A stretch of 64,000 bases of DNA, from NCBI GenBank assembly GCA_044377495.1, contig JBILYY010000001.1, positions 24,196 to 88,195 of the forward strand, read 5' to 3'. The notes below the pieces were generated by a model. That model had not been told where the DNA came from, did not search any database, and saw only the letters and a list, made by a program, of their open reading frames with translations. The number at the start of each line of letters is the position of its first letter. Position 1 is the stretch's first letter. Shown here in pieces: positions 27,391-36,253 of this stretch. This stretch comes from Bacteriovoracaceae bacterium. GTDB lineage: Bacteria; Bdellovibrionota; Bacteriovoracia; Bacteriovoracales; Bacteriovoracaceae. Made by a program: the position numbers and the translations under genes.

Positions 27391-27426
27391 TTCAGAACTC
27401 CTTTTTTTTCGTCCGTTAGAGTTTCG

Positions 27427-27443
27427 TGCAAACTTCAGACCAA
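27427..27443 (-). promoter_or_regulatory. sigma-54 promoter P4
   Basis: TTGGTCTGAAGTTTGCA; GG 27441-40, N10, GC 27429-28. Confidence 0.62.
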
Positions 27444-27470
27444 GAAGCAGACTTAATCTGCAAAAGAATA

Positions 27471-27487
27471 ACGGCATCCTTTATGCA
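27471..27487 (+). promoter_or_regulatory. sigma-54 promoter P5
   Basis: ACGGCATCCTTTATGCA; GG 27473-74, N10, GC 27485-86. Confidence 0.68.
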
Positions 27488-27527
27488 AATTATTTATTGC
27501 TATCTAAATAACGCTAAGGGGGATTTC

Positions 27528-27830
27528 ATGCTTAACAATGAACAATTCCAAGGAAAATGGACGGAAATTAAATCTGGTTTAAAAAATCTTTGGGGTGAAA
27601 TTACTGATGATGAAATTGAGTCGGTTAAAGATAATCTTCAATCTATTGATCGAATTGTGCAAAAAAAATACGGGGAAAGAAAAGAGTCCATTTTTAAAAA
27701 ACTGGAGGCCCTCATGGAAAGTTTTGAAAATGAAACGGATAAAAGCCTTAAATTTAATGATGGAGAAAGTTCTTATAGAAGAAGTCCCTTAATTCCTAGG
27801 GACGAGAACGGTAACCCAGCTAGTATCTAA
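27528..27830 (+). CDS. CsbD/YjbJ-family stress protein with C-terminal extension (ATG 27528 preferred over 27426)
   Basis: QFQGKWTEIKSGLKNLWGEITDDEI...VQKKYG matches the YjbJ pattern; AAGGGGG RBS. Confidence 0.88.
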   Translation: MLNNEQFQGKWTEIKSGLKNLWGEITDDEIESVKDNLQSIDRIVQKKYGERKESIFKKLEALMESFENETDKSLKFNDGESSYRRSPLIPRDENGNPASI

Positions 27831-27884
27831 AATTCTTTTCCAAGAATCTCTTTATTTTCTTTATATGAAAGTCTAAGATGACAC

Positions 27885-28472
27885 ATGCTTCATCCACACA
27901 CAGAGCTTAAGTTTGTTTCACCTGAAATAGGTTATGGGGTTTTCGCCAATTCATTTATTGCAAAGGGTACTATCACGTGGGTAAGAGATGAGTTAGATCG
28001 CGTTATTCCAAAAGATAATTTGAATCAATTGACGAAAGCAAACCTTGAAAACCTTTTAAAGTATTCATATCGTAACTCACTAGGTGATTATGTTTTTTGT
28101 TGGGATCTAACTCGTTATGTAAACCATAGTTACGAACCAAATTCCATGCTTACGGCAATGGGTTTTGAAATTGCCATTAAGGATATATTTCCCGGCGATG
28201 AGATGACTAATGATTATGGAACGTTGAATATTATAGAAGCCTTTGAATGTGCAAACGGGCCTCACCCAGAACGTGAACGGGTGTGCCCTGATGACTTAAG
28301 CCGTTTTCATTTTTTATGGGATAAGCAGATTCACGAAGCTTTTTATTTGATACCTAAAATTACGCAGCCGTTAAATGACTTTTTAACAGACCACCAGTTA
28401 GATGAAATAAACCAGATCCAAACTGATAAAAAAGCCATACCGTCGGTTCTCTTAAACCTATTTAAGTCCTGA
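27885..28472 (+). CDS. Bacterial SET-domain protein
   Basis: IGYGVFA...I.KG, RYVNHSYEPN, AIKDIFPGDEMTNDY. Confidence 0.9.
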   Translation: MLHPHTELKFVSPEIGYGVFANSFIAKGTITWVRDELDRVIPKDNLNQLTKANLENLLKYSYRNSLGDYVFCWDLTRYVNHSYEPNSMLTAMGFEIAIKDIFPGDEMTNDYGTLNIIEAFECANGPHPERERVCPDDLSRFHFLWDKQIHEAFYLIPKITQPLNDFLTDHQLDEINQIQTDKKAIPSVLLNLFKS

Positions 28473-28569
28473 TATTACAAAGACTTAGATTCTGTTCATT
28501 TTCTATACAATACCTGAAAAATTCACCCATCATGTAGATTAAAGAATTAAAGCGCGCTCTAATAGCAAG

Positions 28570-29733
28570 ATGAAATTCATCTTAATGGCCATTTTAGTTC
28601 TTACTCCTTTTTCTGTGTCTGCTGGGCCAGCAACCAAATTCCTTACAATAAATAGTAGAATCTTCCAAAAGATTAAGCATCAGCTGTCATCCAATCCTGT
28701 TTCATTGTCGGCCACAAAAGATGTGACAATAATTAAGCTGCAAGAAAATCAAGTAGAGGAAGTCTCAGCAATAATACATCACCAATTAAAAAGATGTGGT
28801 GGGTTCATGGCTCATGAGAGTTTGGCAATGGCACAGGACCTATTACTGAATAATCCTCAAACTGTTCTGGATCCCTTTATCGAATATGTCATTAACCAAC
28901 AGGATACTGTTCAAAAAATGGTTGATGATGTTAAGGAAACGAAAATCCGGGACATGATTATTAATCTTACAAACTTTGAAACGAGATATTATAAATCAAA
29001 ATCCGGTGTTAAGGCCGCTGAATTCATCAAGCAAGCATGGTCAGACCTTTCTAAGCATCGTTCAGATGTTAAGGTTGAAATTTTTCAGCATAAAAACTTT
29101 CCACAACCGTCAATTATTATGACCATTCTTGGCTCAGAGAAACCAGACGAAATTATCATATTAGGTGGCCATGCCGATTCTATTTCTGACGAAGTATTGG
29201 CGCCAGGAGCTGACGACAATGCTTCAGGAATAGCGAGTATTACGGAGTCCATTCGTATTTTAATGGATCATGATTTTAGACCTAAGCGTACAATTCAATT
29301 TATGGCATATGCGGCTGAAGAGGTAGGTCTTTTTGGCTCTCAAGAAATAGCTCGGTCTTATAAAATTTCTAAATCGAAGGTAATAGGAGTCATGCAATTA
29401 GATATGACTCTTTTTAAGGGTACCGCTGATAAAGATATCGTCCTCATTTCGGATTATACCAATAAGGCCCAAAATATTTTTTTGAGTAAATTAATTGATG
29501 AATACGTTAAAGTACCGTGGGGCTATTCTCAGTGTGGATATGCGTGTTCTGATCATGCTTCATGGTCTGCGAATGGATATCCTGCATCCTTCCCATTTGA
29601 AGCGACTTTTAATGAATATAGTCCCAATATTCATACAGCAGCAGATACATTAGAGAATAATGGAGGGGACGCAAGTCACGCGCTTAAATTTTCTCAGTTG
29701 GCGACTGCTTTCGTCATCGAGATGTCTAACTAA
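28570..29733 (+). CDS. Secreted M28 leucyl aminopeptidase (Vibrio AAP-like) with propeptide
   Basis: Signal peptide; CGGF in the pro-region; GGHADS, GADDNASG, AEEVGL, QLDMT, CGYACSDHASW, IHT. Confidence 0.92.
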   Translation: MKFILMAILVLTPFSVSAGPATKFLTINSRIFQKIKHQLSSNPVSLSATKDVTIIKLQENQVEEVSAIIHHQLKRCGGFMAHESLAMAQDLLLNNPQTVLDPFIEYVINQQDTVQKMVDDVKETKIRDMIINLTNFETRYYKSKSGVKAAEFIKQAWSDLSKHRSDVKVEIFQHKNFPQPSIIMTILGSEKPDEIIILGGHADSISDEVLAPGADDNASGIASITESIRILMDHDFRPKRTIQFMAYAAEEVGLFGSQEIARSYKISKSKVIGVMQLDMTLFKGTADKDIVLISDYTNKAQNIFLSKLIDEYVKVPWGYSQCGYACSDHASWSANGYPASFPFEATFNEYSPNIHTAADTLENNGGDASHALKFSQLATAFVIEMSN

Positions 29734-29792
29734 TATTGATATTCTCTTTTGAGCGACTAGGTTTCTAAAAATTCACGTGTTAACATTACATA

Positions 29793-30479
29793 ATGAAAAA
29801 TTATTTCTGGCTCATTATTTTAATATTCTCCATTCACGCAAACTTATATGCCCAAAATATAACTATATTAGTTGGGGAAATTGACTGCAAAACATCAGAA
29901 GATAGTTACAACAAGGTTATTAATGATCTTTCTACCAATTGTTCTAACCATGATGAATGCCATGTAGATCGGATCGCTTGGAATCCCAACCTTCTAATTG
30001 GTCACAAAGAAACCGAGGAGCAGGTTCTAAGACTTACAAACACTCGCTCCGACCTTCATGAACGCTGTCATTATGTTACCCCTAAAACTGGCGCCTGCTT
30101 GCCTCGAAAAGCTATTTGTTTAAACAGAAAATGCCAAAACTATGCTGATTTGCAACCCCTCTTTAATACGAATATAAAATTTAGATTTACCCATAAAGGT
30201 GAGGTGCTTAAAAATAAAACTATCTCACTGAGTGTCGACACAGGTTTAAGGTGCATCACCACGCCATGTCCTTCAAGAATAGAAGTTGATTCATTAATCA
30301 CAGATGAATTGGGAGAGGTAGCTATAACACTTGGGAAATTTCAACTTATTCTAAATAAAAAAAATGCAACGATTGGACCGGATGGCCTCGCGTTTTCATT
30401 AGAGAATATTGGATATGAACCTGTTGATTTCAACACGCTTTTGATTGATACAAATAAAATTAATGAAATTCAGTTTTAG
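29793..30479 (+). CDS. Hypothetical secreted cysteine-rich protein
   Basis: Signal peptide ending LYA-Q; 9 Cys including RCITTPCP. Confidence 0.75.
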   Translation: MKNYFWLIILIFSIHANLYAQNITILVGEIDCKTSEDSYNKVINDLSTNCSNHDECHVDRIAWNPNLLIGHKETEEQVLRLTNTRSDLHERCHYVTPKTGACLPRKAICLNRKCQNYADLQPLFNTNIKFRFTHKGEVLKNKTISLSVDTGLRCITTPCPSRIEVDSLITDELGEVAITLGKFQLILNKKNATIGPDGLAFSLENIGYEPVDFNTLLIDTNKINEIQF

Positions 30480-30501
30480 AAAAAAATACGAAATCAAAAA
30501 A

Positions 30502-30578
30502 TGGCGCAATCGGGACGATTCGAACGTCCGACCTCTTGATTCGTAGTCAAGTGCTCTATCCAACTAAGCTACGACTGC
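30502..30578 (-). tRNA. tRNA-Arg(ACG)
   Basis: GCAGTCG/CGATTGC acceptor, CTTGA-CTACGAA-TCAAG anticodon arm, GTTCGAATC, CCA. Confidence 0.97.
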
Positions 30579-30944
30579 GCAATGAGTGACTAGTTTTAGA
30601 CGAAGATGAGTCAGTTATCAAGTTTCAAATTTAATATATTTCATAGTGTTATATGGATTACATACCCTAAATAAAATCAATGAGTTAGCACAGGTGTTTG
30701 GTTGTGTTTTCCTTTGGTTATCTTTAATTTCACTACTTCAAGGACCCAATATTGCAGAAAACGGCCAATATATATTTTATTTAAATAGCCTTCTCTCGGC
30801 AGATCTATATACTGTGCACAATTCAGGTTTGCTTTTTTCAGCTTAGACGTTCATTACCTCTTCCCTAAAAACTCCATCCTTAAATTTACATAATTAAAAA
30901 GTTTTCGTTACAACTCACTGTAATGAATTTCATTGGAGATATTA

Positions 30945-31217
30945 ATGAGTACTAAAATTTACGTCGGCAACCTTGGTTACACTGTTGCAGACAATACATT
31001 GTCAGAGAAATTTGCACAATTCGGAACAGTTCAATCAGCAAAAGTCATCATGGACCGTGATACTAATAGAAGTAAAGGATTTGGCTTTGTTGAAATGTCT
31101 ACAAGTGCAGAAGCTGCTCAAGCTATCACTTCACTTAATGGAACAGATTTTGGTGGACGCCAAATGAATGTTACTGAAGCTAAGCCTATGGTTCCGCGTG
31201 ATAACAAGCGTTACTAA
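30945..31217 (+). CDS. Single-RRM RNA-binding protein (ATG 30945)
   Basis: RNP2 IYVGNL, RNP1 KGFGFVEM; GGAG RBS. Confidence 0.95.
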   Translation: MSTKIYVGNLGYTVADNTLSEKFAQFGTVQSAKVIMDRDTNRSKGFGFVEMSTSAEAAQAITSLNGTDFGGRQMNVTEAKPMVPRDNKRY

Positions 31218-31234
31218 GATCTAGTTTTTTTCCG

Positions 31235-31273
31235 AGGGAGAATATTGGTTTACTAATATTCTCCCTTTTTTTT
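31235..31273 (+). terminator. Rho-independent terminator of the RRM gene
   Basis: AGGGAGAATATTGG-TTTA-CTAATATTCTCCCT followed by a T run. Confidence 0.85.
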
Positions 31274-31407
31274 GCCTAATTTTCGGATTTTGGATTCAAA
31301 GTTCTGATTTTTTCAAATACAAATTCAATTTTAATATCAAAAAAAAAGAGCCATAAAAATTCTGAAATAATCAATTCTCTATAGCTCTTAAAAATAATTT
31401 CTTGGAA

Positions 31408-31497
31408 TGGCGGAGACGATGAGATTTGAACTCATGGAAGATTTTACTCTTCGCACCCTTAGCAAGGGTGTGGTTTAAGCCACTCACCCACGTCTCC
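31408..31497 (-). tRNA. tRNA-Ser(GCT)
   Basis: CACCC-TTGCTAA-GGGTG anticodon arm, long variable arm, CCA. Confidence 0.97.
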
Positions 31498-31565
31498 GTA
31501 TTTGGCTTACATCACTTACCAAGATCTGAATTTGTTGTAGCCATATTTTTTGAAATCAAAAAAGA

Positions 31566-31655
31566 TGGCGGAGGACTAGGGATTCGAACCCCAGGAAGGC
31601 GTTAACCCTCGGCAGTTTTCAAAACTGCTGCCTTAAACCGCTCGGCCAGTCCTCC
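31566..31655 (-). tRNA. tRNA-Ser(TGA)
   Basis: GCAGT-TTTGAAA-ACTGC anticodon arm, long variable arm, CCA. Confidence 0.97.
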
Positions 31656-31701
31656 ACTACAGGAGGTTAAATATAAAGAAATTCAGAAAAAAAGACAATC
31701 G

Positions 31702-32976
31702 CTATTTACGTATCTCTTTCATGCCACCCAAATAGGGCCATAAAACTTCGGGGATTTGGACCGATCCATCTTTTTGTTGGTAATTCTCAAGGATTGCAAC
31801 CACTGTACGTCCCACAGCTAGGCCTGAACCATTGAGCGTATGAGCAAACTCTAGCTTTCCTTCCTTATTTCGGAAGCGGATGTTGGCCCTTCTGGACTGA
31901 AATTCGCCACAATTGGAAATCGAGGCAATTTCACGGTATTTGTTCTGACTCGGTACCCAAACTTCTAGATCAATCGTGTTTTGCGATGCGAAACCCATAT
32001 CTCCAGTACATAACCTTAGCGCCCGGTAGGGGAGATTTAATTTCTCGAGTATCTCACAAGAACTGTTGATCATCTTTTGATGAATTTCCTGTGACTGAGA
32101 AGGAGAGCAAATAGAAACCATTTCAACTTTATTAAACTGATGAAGACGAATCAAACCTTTAACGTCTTTTCCACTTGATCCAGCTTCTGATCTAAAACAA
32201 GGCGAATAGGCAGCGTATAATATTGGAAATTCTGATTCCTCAATTATTTGTTCACGCTTTATGTTTGTAAGAGTCACCTCAGAAGTTGGAATAAGATACC
32301 AAGGCTGTTCTGAATTAAGTTTAAAGAGTTGGTCCTCGAACTTTGGCAAGTTGCCCGTTCCAATTAAAGATCTTTCATGAGCAATGAATGGGGTTATCAT
32401 TTCCATAAACCCCTTAGTGCCTTGATGATCAAGCATAAAGTTAATCAAAGCCCTTTCAAGTTTAGCAATTCCGGCCTTATAAACAACAAATCTCGCCCCT
32501 GTTATTCTGGCCCCTGCTTCAAAATCAAGCATACCTAGTTTTTCACCAATATCAGCATGATCGACTGGAGTAAAATCAAAATCTCTTGGTTTGCCCCACC
32601 GTTTATCTTCAACATTTTCTTCTTCTGTTTTTCCCACAGGAACTGAAGAATCAGGCAGGTTTGGAACATTTAATAGAATGTTTGTCTGTTTTAATTGAAC
32701 TTCTTCAAGTTCTTTTGCTTCTTTTTCCATTTCTGTTTTTAAAGAGGCAACTTGATTCATTAGAGAGGCGGCATCTTGCTTGTTTTTTTTAAGCTCACCA
32801 ATCTCCCGTGACAATTTATTAATTTCAGCCTTTTTAGTTTCAGATGCTGTCGTTAACATTTTTCTTTGTTTATTAAGTTCTAGTATCTCGGTCAAAAGTG
32901 AAGTATCGAAATTTCTATTTCCAAGACTTGTTTTAATTGATTCAAAATCGTTTTCAATTTTTTTTATGTCCAACAT
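31702..32976 (-). CDS. serS: Serine--tRNA ligase
   Basis: N-terminal coiled coil; LIPTSEV, FRSEAG, RLHQFNKVE, EIASISNC, HTLNGSGLAVGR. Confidence 0.98.
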   Translation of the reverse strand: MLDIKKIENDFESIKTSLGNRNFDTSLLTEILELNKQRKMLTTASETKKAEINKLSREIGELKKNKQDAASLMNQVASLKTEMEKEAKELEEVQLKQTNILLNVPNLPDSSVPVGKTEEENVEDKRWGKPRDFDFTPVDHADIGEKLGMLDFEAGARITGARFVVYKAGIAKLERALINFMLDHQGTKGFMEMITPFIAHERSLIGTGNLPKFEDQLFKLNSEQPWYLIPTSEVTLTNIKREQIIEESEFPILYAAYSPCFRSEAGSSGKDVKGLIRLHQFNKVEMVSICSPSQSQEIHQKMINSSCEILEKLNLPYRALRLCTGDMGFASQNTIDLEVWVPSQNKYREIASISNCGEFQSRRANIRFRNKEGKLEFAHTLNGSGLAVGRTVVAILENYQQKDGSVQIPEVLWPYLGGMKEIRK

Positions 32977-32984
32977 ATAAGCAC

Positions 32985-35900
32985 CTATTGCATGAGATTA
33001 ATATACTTCTCGATATTGCTTTTATCGGAAGCCTCTGGGTTCATTTCAAGATACAGTTTATAGGATTCCACGGCAAGAACCCCTTGACCAAGCAAGCGGT
33101 AAACATCACCAATTTTTCTATGTATTTCAGATTCATCACTTTTTTCTAACATGGCCCTTTTATATAGATCAAGCGCAAGTTCAAAATTATTTCTCTTAGA
33201 ACTAATGTCAGCAAGACCAACCAGTGAATCGTAAGCTTTGGGATTAATTTTCTGCGATTGTTTAAAAAGGGTTTCTGCCTTAATTAAATCGCCTTTTTCG
33301 GTATAGATCTGCGCCATTAAAGTTAGGTCAGCATCATTGTCGCCGTTTGCTTTAAGATCAGCTTCTACTTCTTTTAGTGCGCCGTCATAATCCTTGCTCA
33401 AATATTTAATCTTGGCGATGTAAAATTGAACCTTGGGATAAGATTCAAGCTTTTCCTGAATACGTTTAAACCACTTGGCTGCTTCAACGAGTTTTCCATT
33501 TTCATATAGAACCCGACCAGCAGTCATCATGGCCTCAATTTCACCAGGTTCGATAGCAAGTAGATTTTCGACCAAAATAGGAATCTCATCGAAGCGTTCA
33601 TCTAAAAGTGCTGCCTTAATTAAAAACTCATAGAGTGACTTATCTTTTACTGGCATTTTTTCTAGTTTTTCTTTGTAGGCAAGAAAATCTTTCGTTTTAC
33701 CAGCACGGTAATAGAAAATAGCTATTTCGGATAGGACTTTGGGATTCTCTCCGAATTCATCAAGAAGTCCCAAAAGGTATCCAATTGCAGACATGTCATC
33801 TTGTTGCTCATATACAATTTTTGCATAGGCAATTCTATAATCTGCATTAACCGGATCTAGTTCCATACATTTATTTAGAAGAAGCCTTGCCGCATCGAAA
33901 TTGGCTCTTTTAATTATTATATCTGCCAACAAATAAATATCATGATCATTTAAAGGATTCATGTTTATCGAGTTTTTTAACCATGAAATGGCCTGCAATG
34001 AATCACCCATCCTAAGATAGAGACGGCCATTAGCGGAGGCGAATTCATAGCTGCCCTTAAGATCTGATGAAGACATAACACCGATACGATTTTTTGCGTC
34101 GTTAAATTTATAGGTATCTATATAACCATCAACTAGAGCTACATTTATACTTTTGTCGTCGGGGTATTTCTTAAGAAGGTCTTCAAGCGTTTTTAATCCC
34201 TGTTTCGCCAAACCCAGGCGTAGTTGAACTTTTGCAAGAAATAATTCTGAAGGTATGTAGTTAGGCATTGCATCCGTCGATCTTGCTGCTGAACTTAAGG
34301 CAAGTTCATAGTTGCGTTTATCTAAAAAATCCTTTCCTTGATTAAGAAGTTTTATCGCCTTTGATTCAGCTATTAGCTTATCAGTTTCATTATTTATTTC
34401 ATCGCCGACACTTAATTCTGCGAGCTTCATGCGCAATTCGTAAGAGTCCTCAAGCTCTAGTGACTTTGTAAAATAAACAGTGGCCTTCTTAACATCGCCT
34501 TTGTGAGCAATTATTAAGCCTTTAAGAAGTAAGTATTTCGCACGATTAATATTGTTATGTTCAGAATTTAAATCGTCCACTTTCTGTAGAAAAGTCCCCG
34601 CTTCATCATACTTTTTTAACTTTATTAAATAATCAGCCTTCTTTAGATAAAAACCCACCAGTTTGGGAAAATTCTTAATTGCATCATTAATATATTCAAT
34701 TGCCTTATCATCTTCCTGGTTTAGGAGTGAATAGTCTATAAGGGCATCATAGACGTAGCGATTCTTTTGGGGCGCTTTTTCTAATGGTATTTTAAATTGT
34801 TTTGCTAGGTCTAATTTTCCAGTTTCTAATAATGTTTTTAAATAAACAGCAAATAAATCTGGTGTTACATTTTGGGGATATAGCTTAAGGTACTTAGATA
34901 CAACATCAGCAGCTGCTTCATATTTATTAATACTCATATAAAACAAATTCAAACCTATGACTCCATCCGGGTTTTTTGCCAAGAAAGGGCGTTTTGCCTG
35001 AATTAGGTTGAAAATAATCTGAGCGTTTGCTTGCTTGTCTTCTTTGGAAAATTTAAGCTGTTCAGCATAATCTCTCACTAACAACGATATCACTTCCTCA
35101 CTTTCAATATTGTTCTCATAACTGCTTTTCAAAAGCATCCCGGCCTTAATGATACTTAAATAATCACCGGCCGCAAAAATGGTTCGTGCCTTATCAAATT
35201 CTATCTTTGATCTTTTAAGGTCAGACTTATCAAATGGAAGAGGGAATTCAACCACGGGTTCTATGTGTTTAAAAGGAGGTTTTTGTGGCTTGTCATTACC
35301 AGGAAACAAAATCACGTAAAGCAGCGCTGCTATTGCGAGCCCTGCTATTATTTTAATCTTTTTCTTTTTTGCAATTTCTTCGTTTTCTAAACTTTCTTCA
35401 CCTTCTTTTATTTCTGCATCATCTAGTATTTTTTTTTGTTTTTTTATTTCTTTTATTTCTTGATCGATTTTTTTTTCTTCATTATCTGCCAAAAGCATTA
35501 ATTCAGAATTTGATCTATCTAAATGAATCATTTGAGTTGATTCATCAGCGTCAATGAGTTTTTGAAGTTCATCTGCTTTTTTCTGTTCTTCTCTTAAAAC
35601 TAGTTGGTGGTTTTCAGATTCTTTATTTCGTGCGTCCTCATCTTTTTGATTTTTTCGTATTCTCTCAATGTCTTTTTGTGCAATAAGATTAATCGTTGTT
35701 TTATCTCCCGCATCTTCAACTGGTGCAGGTTCTGGAATCGGGGCTGGTTTTTTGGCTTCGTTCTTTTCTGGTCTATTTTCTTTTTGATTATCCAATAAAA
35801 TTTCAAATTTCGTGTTTGCCCCAGCTGGCTTACTTTCTTTTGTTTGTATTCTTATTGTTTCAGTTAAGTGGTCAATAGGTTCATGCTTTATGACGTCAAT

Positions 35901-36179
35901 TTTATTTATTTCTAATTCATTTTTTTGATTTCTAAGTTTCGCGAGATCAATAACAAATGTTTCTTCCTTGGACTCATTCGTAATTACAGCAGTATGGTTT
36001 TCATCCATTAATTCTGCATAAAAATCAAAACTCGTAATTGGGGCCCAATCCCCTGTTGGAAATATTTGTGCTTCTTCATCACCCTGAATACGCCCATTGG
36101 ATTTCAACTCATAGAGTTGACTCATAATAAACGGGCCAATGACCCGTGCATTTTTAAGCCGTATTCGGTACTTCGTCAT
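32985..36179 (-). CDS. Large bitopic protein: GYF_2-like N-domain, charged linker, TM (about aa 275-293), long TPR array
   Basis: N-terminal GPF..SQL..L...G.I.GDEE...PTGDW; IIAGLAIAALLYVILF TM; repeated A..Y...L...P TPR patterns. Confidence 0.8.
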   Translation of the reverse strand: MTKYRIRLKNARVIGPFIMSQLYELKSNGRIQGDEEAQIFPTGDWAPITSFDFYAELMDENHTAVITNESKEETFVIDLAKLRNQKNELEINKIDVIKHEPIDHLTETIRIQTKESKPAGANTKFEILLDNQKENRPEKNEAKKPAPIPEPAPVEDAGDKTTINLIAQKDIERIRKNQKDEDARNKESENHQLVLREEQKKADELQKLIDADESTQMIHLDRSNSELMLLADNEEKKIDQEIKEIKKQKKILDDAEIKEGEESLENEEIAKKKKIKIIAGLAIAALLYVILFPGNDKPQKPPFKHIEPVVEFPLPFDKSDLKRSKIEFDKARTIFAAGDYLSIIKAGMLLKSSYENNIESEEVISLLVRDYAEQLKFSKEDKQANAQIIFNLIQAKRPFLAKNPDGVIGLNLFYMSINKYEAAADVVSKYLKLYPQNVTPDLFAVYLKTLLETGKLDLAKQFKIPLEKAPQKNRYVYDALIDYSLLNQEDDKAIEYINDAIKNFPKLVGFYLKKADYLIKLKKYDEAGTFLQKVDDLNSEHNNINRAKYLLLKGLIIAHKGDVKKATVYFTKSLELEDSYELRMKLAELSVGDEINNETDKLIAESKAIKLLNQGKDFLDKRNYELALSSAARSTDAMPNYIPSELFLAKVQLRLGLAKQGLKTLEDLLKKYPDDKSINVALVDGYIDTYKFNDAKNRIGVMSSSDLKGSYEFASANGRLYLRMGDSLQAISWLKNSINMNPLNDHDIYLLADIIIKRANFDAARLLLNKCMELDPVNADYRIAYAKIVYEQQDDMSAIGYLLGLLDEFGENPKVLSEIAIFYYRAGKTKDFLAYKEKLEKMPVKDKSLYEFLIKAALLDERFDEIPILVENLLAIEPGEIEAMMTAGRVLYENGKLVEAAKWFKRIQEKLESYPKVQFYIAKIKYLSKDYDGALKEVEADLKANGDNDADLTLMAQIYTEKGDLIKAETLFKQSQKINPKAYDSLVGLADISSKRNNFELALDLYKRAMLEKSDESEIHRKIGDVYRLLGQGVLAVESYKLYLEMNPEASDKSNIEKYINLMQ

Positions 36180-36221
36180 GCTTCTATTATAAATGATTTT
36201 GAGGATTTAGGTGGGGAAAAC

Positions 36222-36245
36222 AAAAGGGAGCCTTAGCTCCCTTTT
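36222..36245. terminator. Bidirectional terminator after nuoN
   Basis: AAAAGGGAGC-CTTA-GCTCCCTTTT. Confidence 0.85.
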
Positions 36246-36253
36246 AAGAAGTG

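Noticed and set aside
23000-30578. Accessory region ending at the 3' end of tRNA-Arg as an integrated genomic island
   Set aside because: No integrase or transposase, and I found no duplicated tRNA 3' end; the only TGGCGCAA match (about 17733) is 8 nt and expected by chance.
30752-30768. TTGGCCGTTTTCTGCAA (minus) as a sigma-54 promoter
   Set aside because: GG-to-GC spacing is 9 nt; the 10-nt spacing is essentially invariant.
30646-30846. 66-aa ORF between tRNA-Arg and the RRM gene
   Set aside because: No RBS, no motif, and it lies in an AT-rich promoter region; coding status unsupported.
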